A stretch of DNA of 63,986 bases, filler included, from Basidioascus undulatus (taxonomy: Eukaryota), in assembly GCA_000826855.1 (NCBI GenBank). It is 5 parts of 5 records of this genome, joined end to end, with 100 filler letters (N's around TTAATTAATTAA, not from the genome) between each part and the next. Parts side by side here need not be neighbours in the genome. Positions count along the whole stretch, not along the records: positions 39,216 to 52,175 come from JTLS01000858.1; positions 52,276 to 63,986 come from JTLS01000984.1; 3 more parts are not named here. One strand, 5' to 3'. The notes beneath the pieces are model-generated. The model did no database searches, was not told the DNA's origin, and was given only the letters and a program-made list of their open reading frames with translations. Of this stretch, positions 50,756 through 62,982 are shown one piece after another (position 1 is the first letter of the stretch; every line of letters starts with the position of its first letter). Both the position numbers and the translations under genes were made by a program.

Positions 50756-52175
50756 TCATTCGATCCCGAACCCGGCGGCCTTCTTCGTCCACCGCTGCAC
50801 GAGCGTGTCGAGGTCGGCCATGACGAAGCGGCAGACGACGCCGGCAAAGAACTCGGCTGAGCGGCGCAGGCGCGCGTCGATCTGCCCGCGCGTGTCGGGC
50901 GGGAGGTGCGCATACGCCGCGGAGGAGTGCGTGGATAAGGAGGACGGCGAGGGCGGGTAGAGGTTCGAGAGGTGCTGGTCTGCCCGGGGGGAAGGGGAGG
51001 CGGAGTTGAGAGGTGGGGGGCAGCGAGACGTGGGTGGGGATTGGGAACGACGCACCCAGCGTTTGGGCGGCGAGGAAGACGCGCGACATGGCGTCGACGT
51101 AGGTTGGGAGGGAGTCGCTGTGGCGAAGGAAAGTCAGGCGTGTTTGCACAGCAGCTATTCGAACAAGGGAGCGAAGCACGCACTCTTTCCTCCCATTTGA
51201 AACGCCAAACGACCTCGAAATTTTGGACGTCCACATGCCCATCTACCCAGCAACCCACCGTCCAGGATCAGCGCCTCGTCACCGTTTCCTCCCTCAGACG
51301 AAGACGAAGCCCACTCACCGACCCCGCCTTCTTGCCCGCAACGGTCTCGTACCCGAGCTTCTTGGCAATCTGGTTCTGCGCCTCGTCGAGACCCGTACAA
51401 AAGTCTACCATGGCGCTGGCAAACTGCGCCCCAGCGCGCTCCATCTCGAGGCTGGTCGGGCTCGTGACCTCCTGCTGCTTCTTTCCCGCGTTCGCCTCCT
51501 TCCCCTCCGGACTGTCCGGCGACGCAGGCTCCATCTCGCCCGACGCTTTCCGCGCCTCCTCGAGGAGCTTCTCCCCCGCGCGGTCGACCTCGCGGAGGCC
51601 GACGAGGACAGCTTCGAGCGTGCGAACCTTCACGTCGAGGTACGCGAGCTTGACGGCGCTCCGGCTGTCGGTCCACAGCTCTGGGGCGATGTACAGCCTG
51701 CGGGTGACGTACCCGCCCTCGCGGATGGACGTCCGCAGCGCGCGCATGAGGTGGAACGGCCGCCGGAGGGGCTGCGCGGGCGGGGGCGCGTACGCCGCGG
51801 GCGGTTGCGATGGCGGCTCGAGCCCCGGCGCGAAGGGCAGGGCGAATGCGAACGAGAGGGACGAGGGCGCAGGCGTGTCGGGGAAGGAGAACGGGGAGGA
51901 CGCGCCGAAGGAGGGCGTGAGCGGCGTCCAGCGCGGAGTGGCTGCCGAGGAGGCCGACCTCCCAGCCCCGCCCGAGAGGGTGTTGCTCCGCACGGCCCGC
52001 GCGGCACCGGCAACCTGCTGCAGGCTGCTCGGGACGCTGCTCTTCCGCATGGTGGGGACGGGCGGCGCGCTGCGGTCCGCCCCTGCCCCGGCGGACCCTG
52101 CCCCGGCGGACGTGGCGGTGGGGAGCATGCCGACGGGAGAGGAGTACGAGCCGACGAGGCTTGGTCGCCGGCCGG
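50756..52175 (-). CDS. 3' part of a conserved fungal protein (family usually carries an N-terminal MIT domain); 5' lost at contig end
   Basis: LRRPFHLMRALRTSI..GGYVTRRLYI..LW; YVDAMSRVF; RLRRSAEFFAGVVCRFVMADLDTLV. Confidence 0.7.
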
Positions 52176-52275
52176 NNNNNNNNNNNNNNNNNNNNNNNNN
52201 NNNNNNNNNNNNNNNNNNNTTAATTAATTAANNNNNNNNNNNNNNNNNNNNNNNNNNNNNNNNNNNNNNNNNNNN
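52176..52275. other. Artificial contig-joining linker
   Basis: N44-TTAATTAATTAA-N44. Confidence 0.97.
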
Positions 52276-53758
52276 GTCGGCCAGCCCTGAGCCACGCCGC
52301 CCCACCGTTCGCCGTCGTCATTTTCCCATTTCCTCTTCCTCCGCCTCCCCACCCTCAGTCCCACCACCCCAACCGCCCTCTCTCGTCCCGCCCCCCTCTG
52401 CCGACCCCCGAGATACAGGCGACGCCCCGGCCCCCGGCCCCGCGTCAGCCCTCACCGCCGCAGCTGCGCCTGCGCTCCCGCTGCCTGTGACTGCGAAGGC
52501 AGCGATGGAGGGGCGCGAGCTGTTCCTCTCGGATGGGGATGGTAATGGGAGTGAGAAGGAGAAGGAGACGTGGATCCCCCCGCGCAGGCCACCGCAGCAG
52601 CCCCAGCTGCGCTATGACTACTCGTACTGCTACAAGTGTGGTATCTTCAAGCCTCGTGCGTCTCCCTCCCCCGCCCTCCTTTTTCCTCCCTGTCCCCTTG
52701 CTCTCACCCCCACCCACCACCTTCTCACTACCCCCACGCACCTCCTCACACACCTCTCACCCGCCCCCACAGCCCGCGCGCACCACTGCCGCCGGTCCGG
52801 CGCGTGCGTCCTAGAGATGGACCACTACTGCCCGTGGGTGGGGCAGTGCGTCGGCGCGCGCAACCACAAGCATTTCGTCACCTTCGTTTTCTGGTCCACG
52901 CTCTTTACCGGCTGGCTGTTTGTGAGCCTCCTCGCTGTGCACCGCCCGCTGTTTTCGGAGGAAAGAGGGAGGAGCGGCTTGTGGGGGGAGGCGGGGAGGG
53001 GGGTGGTTATCGCGCTGATCGCAGTGTGCGTCTTTGTTCTTGTGAGTGGGAGATAAGGAGGGAGGCTGAGAAAGCCGTGGGACGTGGAGGACAGCGCCGG
53101 CTTCTTCACGCTCTTCACCACCGGCCTGCTCGGTACGCACGTCAAGATGCTCCTCGACAACCAGACGACGCTGGAAATCCTGCTCGTCTCTGACCAGCGT
53201 GCGCGGGACGAGGCCGTCCTGGCGCGGCACTTTAAGTGGTGGGATGTCAGGTGCGCGCATTCTCCCCCTCCTTTCTTCCCTCCTCTGCCTCCCTTCCTCT
53301 CCCCTTCACTCCTTCCTTTTCCCTCTCCCTCTGCCTTTCCGCCGTCCCTCCTTCTTTTTCTCAAGATTCTCTTTCGTGCGCGTGAGGAACAAGGTCCTCA
53401 TACAGCTGGATGTGCGCGGGAGCAGTGGCAAGCGCCGTGTCAAGCGCGCGTGGGACCACGAGTGGGGCAGGCTCAACCAAGAGGCGAACCTCTGGTGGCT
53501 CGGCTCGAGGCGCCGGAACTGGGAGGCGAGAATGGGGGAGAAGTGGTGGGGGTGGTTCGGTACGTCGTTCTCCCTTTTCCTCGCACCTTCCGCGTTTGCC
53601 CTGTCTGTTGGAAAATGGTATGGCTGATCGGACGTGGGGGATGGACAGCGCCATGGGTCAACTCCCCCTGCGATGGGCTCGACTACCCGCGTAACCGTCG
53701 CTTTGATGAGGAAGGCCGGTGGAGGCCTAGGGGAGAGTGGCCGGAGGATCTGAGGTAG
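52276..53758 (+). CDS. DHHC-family palmitoyltransferase with a DHYC motif (5' truncated)
   Basis: YCYKCGIFKP|.RAHHCRRSGACVLEMDHYCPWVGQCVGARNHKHF; NQTTLE; NLWWLG..NWEARMG; DGLDYP..RFDEEGRWRPR. Confidence 0.85.
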
Positions 53759-54619
53759 CGACGAGGTATGGGTTCGCTTGGGGATGCTTGTGTCTGCGAC
53801 TGCTTGACTCTGAGTGGCTGCGCGGCGGGGCTCGGGAGTGGGGAGGGGGTGGTGAGTAGGTGGAAAAGAACTCTTTATGCGAATTCTCTCTGCTCAAGTC
53901 CGTTGGTGATCTGGGCAGGCCAGCGGAGGGCGGGGAGATGTTAAGGGGAGAGGAAGGGAGGGGAGATGCGAGGGGAAAAGCGGAGGTGGTGCTCTCCGTC
54001 CGCTTCACTTCATCAGGTGGCGTACCCTGCGTGCTGGCTTTGCTGAAGCAAACAGCTTGGATGTGCCTGGTCACGCTAGCAGACTGTGTTGTTGCACAAA
54101 CGAGAAAAGTACTATGTGATGCGCGGGTTGCACAAGGTCATCCCATCGGCTGCATCATTCATCAGGCATTCTCCCAGTGCTCTTCCCGTTGCGTGATTGA
54201 TACTGTACAAACGGATGGTCGATGGACCTGCTTGAGGCAGTGCAAACCTCTGCTGGAGGGGTGTTCATGCTGAGAATGATGGTCATCTCCTGCGTACTAC
54301 CGAAACGGTTTCTGGTGGGTGTGGTGGCTACCTGCCTACTCCAAAAGGCAGACAACCAGGTTTGCAAAAATTGGAAACTACTGAAGCTGTTCTGTTATAG
54401 ACTAGCCTGCTCCTTGACTCTCAGCGCGGGCCGCTGCGACGGCTTTGCGCTTTGACAAGGTTTCGTGCCTCCTCGACCCCGTCACAGACCGCAGTTGGGC
54501 ACAATATTTCATACAGTATGACCACCAAACAAGCAATTTTATGCGTAGCGTCCTGAGAACACCGCGGTCCAACAGGGACTGTTCCACGCAGTCCTACTGC
54601 TCACTCCCACCTGCCTTCT

Positions 54620-55291
54620 TCAGCCATTCTGGGCTCGCTGACCATGAGCACAGGATTCTCTCTGTGCAAGGTACCAACTGAGGCCCAGCCAAGACGGGTG
54701 TACAGGGGCAGGCCTTCCTCGTCCGCGCGGTAGGTGCCCCAACGCAGGATCGCAGTGGCTGCGCCCTTCCGCATAAGCGGGATGGGTCTTGAGGGTGAGC
54801 ATATGTAGCTTTCGCCGGAGCATGGTGACCATACGGTCAGTTTCCCTCTGGCCTGCAAGTCTGTGAGTTGCCTCAAATGCCGGCTGCTCACAATAGTGTC
54901 TCCTCCCTCTCATAATCTCCTCATACCTCTCCCTTAGCTCCATCCAAAACCCCCTCCTCGGATCGTCCTTCGCCACGTCCACAGGGTACTCCATGAGCTC
55001 CTCCCCAAGCGGATGTTCCCCGTCCCGCAGCGGCGCATGCCACACCCCGAAAGCGACGAGTTCGCCCGTGTCGGTCCTCACGGCCTTGACGGTGGGCACG
55101 CCCGTGTCGTTGTCCATGCTCTGTATGAGGAACCACTTCATGCAGGCGAAGCGCGTAGAGTCGAGGTCGGAAGCGTGGGCAGAGTCGAAGGCTTGGAAGT
55201 GTAGGAAGCAAGGCGTGAGGGAGGGCGCTTCGGAGGGAGATGCTACGAGGGAGAGGAGGAACTATGCGCGTGCGGTGGAAGAGATGGACAT
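54620..55291 (-). pseudogene. GNAT N-acetyltransferase pseudogene (tandem copy 1)
   Basis: TAG at codon 10, a frameshift after THPAY, and loss of the CYLEATDVGLP segment present in copy 2. Confidence 0.8.
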
Positions 55292-56036
55292 GTAAGCTTG
55301 GAAGTGGAGCGACGGGCGGAGGACAACGCTGCTCCCGGGTACACTTTCAGGCCTATATGGACGGGTCTGTAGAAGATAAGTCTTCGGCTGTAAAGCTGCC
55401 TCGGCTAATCGTTGGCAGTGACACTGTAGGGTGCATTTGTGTCTTGAGAAATCAGCAAAGAGGAACGGGATTTACAACCTTACTGGGTATTGGCATAGGC
55501 GACTGGGGGGAGGCAGGCCGACGACAATCAGTTGGACCTTTGAAGAGGGATGCAGCGTGCACATAGTTTCCATTGAGGGGTCCGAGTGGGCAACGGGGAC
55601 GTATGGAAAACACAAATCCCAAAGTTTTTGTGAAATCAGTCTCAGTAAGCCCCAACATACCGTGTCAACACCGATACCTGGGGGCTGAACACTTCTGACT
55701 GAAGCGTCAGCACATCCCTACCAGACAGACGGTTTGAGTTCCCGGGAGGCAAGGGAAATGGTTGGGGATGAGAGAAGGCTGTCGATAAAGCCGCGATATG
55801 GGATCATGCAGCGAGAACCGCATTTGGAAAACTGACTTTCACGTACAGCAGCGGGCTGCAACATTCGACAACATTCGCCAAGGAATCGACGCAGGTGCTG
55901 GCTTTGTGGATGTTTCACAACCCAAACTGTAGCTTCAAAACATCATCACAACGAACAAACACAGCTCTACAGATAACTCCATTCGCTGTAGTGGGATAAG
56001 GCGAATCCGCACAACCACGCTCCCCCATGCCCATTT

Positions 56037-56770
56037 TCAACTTTCCCCCGTCTTATCCAGCTCCAGCGCATCACCCTTTCCAGGCTCCCTGACCATGAGC
56101 ACTGACCCCGACCCAGCTTCTCCTCTCACCACCCTATCAACCGGGGTCCACCCCAAGCGTGTGTACAGTGGCAGACCGACGTCTGTCGCTTCGAGATAGC
56201 AGGGCAGGCCTTCCGCGTCCGCGCGGTCGGTGCCCCACCGCAGGATCGCAGTGGCAGCACCTAGTCGTTGATGTGCGGGATGGGTCTGGAGGCTGATCAT
56301 GTCTGGATTCGGGTGATGTGCACTCAGTCGGCTTCCGTCCGGGTTGCATGCTTGTGAGTTGCCAGAATTAACGCTTACGGTAGTGCCTTCTCCCTCTCAT
56401 GATCTCCTCATGCCTTTCTTTCAGCCCCGCAATGTACGCCAGCCTCGGATCTTCCTTCCCCACCCCCTCCGGGAACTCCATGAGTTCCTCCATCGGGGCG
56501 ACCTCCCGTCCCGCAGTGGGGCGTTCCACACCCCGTACGCGACGAGCTCGCCCGAGTCGGCGCGCACAGCCTTGACGATGCGCGTGCTAGGGTCGTCGGC
56601 CATGCTTCGGGTGAGAAGCGGGCCATGCGGTTGAGGCGTTCCAGGTCGGGGGAGGAGGCGCGGCAGGGGTCGAAAGCTTGCACGTGTAGGAGCGCGAGGC
56701 GGGGGGCTTCGGAGGCGGCTGTTACGATGGAGAGGGTGAGCGTTGGACGTGGCGCGGGGGAGGAGGACAT
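56037..56770 (-). CDS. GNAT N-acetyltransferase (tandem copy 2) with two apparent 1-nt frameshifts
   Basis: KAVRADSGELVAYGVW; THPAHQRLGAATAILRWG..ADAEGLPCYLEAT..GLPLYTRLGW. Frameshifts near 56616 and 56505 both fall in short homopolymers. Confidence 0.7.
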
Positions 56771-57189
56771 GGTGCTCGTTGTGGGTTGGAGAGAAAAAAT
56801 GCGACTCAGGACGTTTGCAGAGATAAAGGAAACGGGTCGTCGGCGGCGGCGGCCCGCCTCGGCGTACGGCGTTGCACTGCCCGCGCAGTCAAACGGCAAC
56901 GCGGGCCAGGATCACAAATATGTCCCGACCTCCGGTGTTGAATGCGGGAGCTGGTGGGTTGATCGGGAACGCTCGGCCAGAGTAAATTTCGTCTTGTCAG
57001 TTCAATGGGTGTGATTCCGTGAACAATAGTTTACATGCCACAGGCACGGTACAGAGGGGTCGCGACGGAGAATGCGACTGTCCAGTATGTGCGATGAAAG
57101 CAACATGTAGGTACGTGCACAAGCAGGGGTGTGGCAAGCATATGTAATGTTCTTCAGGGTCATCAAGGTTCAGCAGAAATATCAGAGCG

Positions 57190-57245
57190 CAGAGGCGGGC
57201 TTTCAGAGGCGGGCTTTCAGAGGCGGGCTTTCAGAGGCGGGCTTT
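57190..57245. repeat. Minisatellite (CAGAGGCGGGCTTT)x4
   Basis: Four exact 14-bp units downstream of the GST gene. Confidence 0.95.
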
Positions 57246-57372
57246 TCTACATGAAGTGCAAGCATTCAGGTATCCAAGACAAATAGAAAGCAACGAAGAA
57301 GACGTAGGAACATAGGGGCAGCGCTCGAGAGGATGTAAGAACAGGCTCCCAACTGCGAAGGATGCGTGTTCC

Positions 57373-58796
57373 TCACTCATTGTCGGCATAGCCATACTTC
57401 CCTCCCTTCTCGAGGGCCTGCGGGATGCTCGGAGAATGTTCTCAGATCAGGTATCAACGAAAAGAGCCACAACAGTCGTTACGTACGCGCTTGTATGCCG
57501 GCCTGCACATGCGCGTGTATGAGCGAACATCCTACTGACGAAGACGGAACGACGAAAACCTCACCGGCTCTGCACCTGCTGCACGAACCGCTTCGTTGCG
57601 TCGCCCGTGCCCCCAATGCTGTCTGCGCGGTCGCCGTGCACCAGCGTCTGATCTCGGAAGGGAGTGAGGTGTTGAGTGCTTGGCCAGGGGGGACAGCGTG
57701 AGAGAGTGTGAGGATGCCACGCACTTCAAGATTGAAGGACATCAAGAAGTCCGCAACCGTCGGCCCTCCGTTTTTGTCTCCGCCCGCGAACCACCCGGTG
57801 GGCTGCTTGGAGAGGTGCTCCTCGATCTGGGGGAGGACGTGAGCTTAGTCGAGGCGGGGTTAGAGATGGGAAGACCAACGAAGGCGAGGTTCTAGGATGA
57901 GGTTCGGGGGGATGTCAGTGGGTGGTCGGAGGAGGATGGCGGAGATAGAGGGGTGCGTGCATTCTTCAACTGGGGGTCGTTCACGGCGGAGATGATGCCG
58001 CTTGTGACAATTGATGCGATCGGGCGGATGAAGAAGGGCAGGCGGGAGGGGACGACGGTGACTGCGTGACCCCTGTGTCAGGTGAATGATTCGGGGCGGT
58101 ATTTGGGCGGTGCGACGCACGGATGAGCTTCCACACCGAGAGCGGCACTGTGATGTGAGCGTCAGAAGGGGTGCGGCCGACAATGCAGCAGGACAACGGT
58201 CGACGCACTGAAAGTGCCTGTGTGGACGTCGTTCGTCAGATCTGGCAATCAATGAGGTTTTTATGAAGAGAAACGCAAGCGTACCTTCGGCATAGTGCTT
58301 AAAGTAGAGCTCGTCCAGCTCATTCTGCTCGCCCTGCGCAACGAAGCGGCCCTGCCCGAACTCCTTGACGAGGTACTCTGTCCCACGCATCACCTCCCCA
58401 TCAGCCGATGCTCCGGATCTTGATGCATGCGATTTCGCGCACCAATGATCGCCCCCGACTCCGCCAGCGTTCGCCCCTTGTGCTGGATGACCGGTGCCTT
58501 CCCAAGCGGGTGCACGTCGCGCAAAGAGCGTGGGGCGAGCATGTTGATGCCTGTGGAGGCACGTGTGTGTGAGATGGCCAGGTCTGGTAATAAAAGTTTC
58601 GACAGACGCTTATGCTGTGCGATCTCATACTCCACCTCCAGCTCCTCCAGCAGCCACAAAATGCCTTCAAACCAGCAACAACACACGTCAGCCACGGTCG
58701 ACCAGTCAGGACGCGCTCCGGACCGCTCTCGCACGTACGCTGGGAGCGCGAGTTGTCGAGATGGTGCAAAACGACCTGGCTGTCGTTGTTGGACAT
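57373..58796 (-). CDS. Glutathione S-transferase (Gtt1-like)
   Basis: VVLHHLDNSRSQR|ILWLLEEL; APRSLRDVHPLGKAPVI; LAESGAII|EYL; HYAE; RPAYKR|ALEKGG. Confidence 0.88.
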
Positions 58797-59462
58797 GGCT
58801 AGTAAATAGAGGGTATTATGTTGTAGATCGAGAGGAGAGAGGGAAGCGAAGGAGAGAGGGAGAACAGGACTGCAGGAACGTCATCTCGGCGCCGGCGGCA
58901 CCACCGGCGGGGCAGTCATCGGTGCATGACCCGGGAGCAATCAAGGTCGCTGCTCCACTTTCATGAGGACAACGACATTGCGGAAATGGTCACTGCTCGC
59001 AACAGCAGTTGGAATAAAGATGCGGTAGACGCCGCAGGCACCGCAAGAAGCATGGCGAGTTGGAGGTTAACCATATTCAAGTTGTAATCCTGACCTGCAG
59101 TATCTCCGTCGCCATTAGGCCAATGCACATGGCTTGCTCGACGCGCAGACCCAAATGTTCGCCTTGCATTATAATTGCAGTGCTAGCTCCTCCTCCCCGT
59201 CTTCCATCCAGCCTTCTTCGCTCCAACGAGCGCCGCCGTACATCCAATAAAACCCGCCCTTCAGCGCCACCTTCTCTCCCTCTCTCCTGGCGCCCCAAAC
59301 CGGACACGGGTTATACTCCCGCCCGCCGAGAAAGTCCTCCCAACAGACCCTCTCTAGATTGCTCAGCTTCTTCCCCGCTCCTCGAACGCACTGCGGAGCG
59401 CCGAGCGGACAGGGTTTCATCCAAACAGCCCACCACCGGAGCCGGTCCACGTAATGCTTCTC

Positions 59463-60789
59463 CTAGAGCGCCGCTTCGGCCAAGAGGTCGCCCTCTAGCT
59501 TGGCGATCTCGTCGTCATCGACGGGGTCTCGCCAGATCGACAGGTACGGGGCCAAGGGGGGGCAGTGCAGCGGCGTGACCGCGCCCGCAATGCGGACGCG
59601 GCGGAGGGAGGGGATGCTGGAGATGAAAAAGGCAACGGCGTTCTGAAGGCGTATGGTGGCAGAGAAGAATGAGGAGTGGGACATTTGCTAGAAGGATGAA
59701 AGGTTCGAGATGATGTGAGCTACTAAGTTCTGGTCGTCCTTACCCCGAAGCAAGTGCCATTCCACATTGAGCTCCTCAATGCGGCACAAGGTCTCCCCGA
59801 TTCTCCTCAGAGCTCCGGCATCCGGTGGGCCGCCGAGCTCCACACCGAGGGCTTGGAGGAGGTGGGGGGACGCCAGCGTGCCGAGGCGCTGGAGCAACTC
59901 TTCGCATGTGACATCGCAGAGGCGAAGGCGGCAGAGCGAGGGGCAATTAGTGAACGACAAGATACTGGCGTAGCCGTACAGCCTCAAGCGAAGGGTGGCC
60001 GGCAAGAAAGGTCTGCCACCATGCGGCAGGGTCGCCCAAATGAGGGTAGACCCGGAGCTCGCGAAGGAACCGAACCCGGAGCTCGCGAAGGAGCGGAAGA
60101 CGAACCAGAACGAAGGAGAGTAGAGAGGAGCAGGGTCCACTGCTGCGGGTAGACCTCAAACGCTTTGAGCATTGGCGCTACATGGGCGATGAGGGCGGCG
60201 AGACCCTCGGTCTCGGTTCCCCAACCCAGCCGGATGATGAGGCGTTTGAGCCGAGGAGGGACGCGGGTGACGGACGGGGCCCATCCGCCGCCGCCGAGGT
60301 CGAGCGAGACGAGCGAAGCGCAGTTGGCGATCGCGATTGCGAGGGGCCCGAGATTGGAGGCTTCGTTGTGAGCTGCTACGGAGAGGTGCTGGAGATTGGG
60401 GAGGGCTCGAACGATGGCGGCGGCGCAGTGAACGATAATGGGGTAGACATCAGGAAGGGGGGAAGGTGCCTCGTAATTGGCGCTGAGAGTGACTCGTCTT
60501 TGACAGAAGCACACCGTCAGCATGAGGCTTGCACGAATGCGGGAAGATATGCTTGGAAACACACCTGACAAACTGCGCGCCCTCCCATCTCTCCTGGCAG
60601 ATCTTGCGCATATCGACGGTCCGTATTGAGCAGAGTTGAAGTGTTGATGGAGCGCAGGACACGAGGGCAGGCGGCAGCCGAGATCGAGCGGGAGACGAGC
60701 GAAAGCGACTTGAGCTCGTCACGAGCCAGAAAGGGAGTGCATAGGTCGAGGACGCGTGCGCTCTTCTGAGCTGAATGGTCTGAAGACAT
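59463..60789 (-). pseudogene. F-box/LRR-like pseudogene
   Basis: LCTPFLARDELKSLSLVSRSISAAACPRVLRSI (F-box-like) and LRR-like LPNLQHLSV, LVSLDL, PSLRRVRI. Frameshift at ~60140, in-frame stop at 59688 and a 24-bp internal tandem duplication at ~60051-60098. Confidence 0.6.
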
Positions 60790-61079
60790 GAAGAGGTGGT
60801 GAAGAGTGGTGCGCCAAAGGAGTGGCTTGGAAGCCGACCGCTGTTGCCTCAAGCGTGAAGAGCGCAGGGCCCCGGCGTAGTTGGCAAAGAAAACAGGACA
60901 TGTAGAGGTGGTCACGAACTTAGGCATGCCAGCGCAGGCAAGTATTGCAGCGTAAGTAGTTAATGAAATATGTAATACGTATACGCGTAAAACTAAAAAG
61001 GTGGGGGGGCGGGTGCGAAAATGGAAGCGCAGCGTTGTACTGTGCACTGTGTCGAGAAGCGATGTCGCTTGCATCTAGA

Positions 61080-62372
61080 AAGTGCGCCAGATACTCAGCG
61101 TAAACCCAAACAGCTGACGGATCAGGATCGAGGTCAAGGGCAGTCGCGTAAGCCGGCGCCTTGTGCGAGTGCAGGTCCGAGCAATCGCAGCCTCTGAGAC
61201 CGGAGCTCCAGGTCAACAACGAGAAACAGCAATGACGATAATGCATGATCATCAAGTATCCCAAGACCCAAACTCCCCACCATCGTGATCGACCAATATC
61301 ACGTCCAGCCGTTCCTGAAGGAGCGCAGCGAGTGCTTTCCATACTTCCGTATGGATCTCGTATCGTTTGAAGGACACAGGTGCGCAATTCGAGCGAGCGC
61401 CGGTAGCTTGTCTTTGGACAGTGCCTCAAAGAACTCCCAAAACGCACCGAGCATCCGCGTATCGTTGATCACGAGAGCTTCGATAGCGGGGTGACTGAGC
61501 GCGCTGCCGTGAGAAAATGGGCACGGCGTAGATCTGTAGAGAGGGGCACGTGGTGGGAAGGTAAATCCAGCGAGTGAATGCACAGCGTGCGAAGGTGAAA
61601 TCCGATCTGGTCGAGCACCCTGCGCAAGAGGCCGCTTGGGGGCTGATGCAGGGATAGGTTGAGACTGCGAAGTCTCGGAAGAGTCGACTTGGCGAGAACC
61701 TCGAGAAATGAGTCTTTTTGATACTAGGCAACGAAAATGCCAACAAATGCTACATTAAGGATATGCAGGAACGGCAGGTCGAGGTAAAGTCGGGCAGAGG
61801 GCTCGAAAAGTCGTGCTCCAAGTTCGAGAGCTCCAGTTTGGTCTCCCGCAGTTGAGGCAGGCGCGACAGCATTGATACGACCGCTTAAACGGTGGCGTGC
61901 CTGTCTAGCGAAAGGGTGCTCAGCTGCTGTACCGACGGGCTTAGCGAGAGGCCATTGACGAAGGCCGCGCCGAGGGTCCATCGCCCCATGCACCCAGCAG
62001 CGTCCAGAGACCGGGGTCCGCCCAAGTGCTCGAACGGCGTGAGAACCTCCGCGTCAGTGGCAGGGGGTCGATCGAAATCTTCCTCGTCCTCGATCTCAGC
62101 GTCGTCATTGTTGAAGTCGAGGATGAGGCTGTCCAACTGCGTCAGGAGGCCGCGTCGGGCGCCGCGCCCGATGAGATCGCGTGTGAGCCGCTCGATATGC
62201 GCCGCGGAGATTACGACCTCCGGGAGCGGCATGCAGTCGATGAGCGCGTGCCATCCGCAACACACGAGCATCAGGTTCAGCAATGGGGACAGGTCCCAGG
62301 CGTACCACCACGTCGTCTCGCTCATTGCTAATCTAAGGATACGACAAGGACCTCGCTGGGGATGCAGTCCAT
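61080..62372 (-). pseudogene. Second F-box/LRR-like pseudogene
   Basis: MDCIPSEVL..I..LLNLMLVCCGWHALI is F-box-like, followed by LRR-like segments. Several stops and frameshifts. Confidence 0.55.
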
Positions 62373-62982
62373 GGTCGACAAAAATATTGATTTCGAGGCG
62401 ACTGAGAAGACGGACGGTTGAGCGTGCCAACGTGAAGGTGAGCCGAGATGGTGGTCGCGGGCGAAAAGGAAGGCGGCTCGAGCTGTCGGAGTCAGCTTGC
62501 GCTTGGGCAGGCAGCGTGACATAGCTTTGCGAGTATCGCGCCCTTTTAAGGTCTGTCCCACCCACCCCTTATTGAGCACTATGATTCCAAGCTGGTATAG
62601 TACGGATCAACTCACATCGAGCTTGTTTGAAACACTTCTGTAGTTGCCAGCTGGGTCCTCAGCCTCGACGTGTCAGAACGTCTCTTTCATGTACTTCCTC
62701 TTCCTCTTAAGAGCACCGAGCATGGTCGCCCTACGTAACAACCCACCCCTCGTCCAATTCCCGAGCTCGACTACCCCCAATACGCGCAGCGCGACAACCA
62801 CATATCTCAGGCCCAGTCGTTGCCAGCCAGGGTCGAGTCCGAGTGTATGTTGTACAGACAAGCGTCTACAACAGGACGGCAAGATCGCAGATCGCGCCTC
62901 ATAAGGGAAAGAAGAACAGTGGGAAAGAACAAAAGGTAGTAATGCGTGAGAAGCAGGAAGGTGAACGGAATGAGGCCGCGGC

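Noticed and set aside
50972..52231. Long + strand ORFs (419 and 334 aa) and similar antisense ORFs elsewhere
   Set aside because: These are shadows of GC3-rich coding sequence on the opposite strand.
57190..57245. 14-bp repeats as a CRISPR-like array
   Set aside because: No spacers and a eukaryotic context. It is a simple minisatellite.
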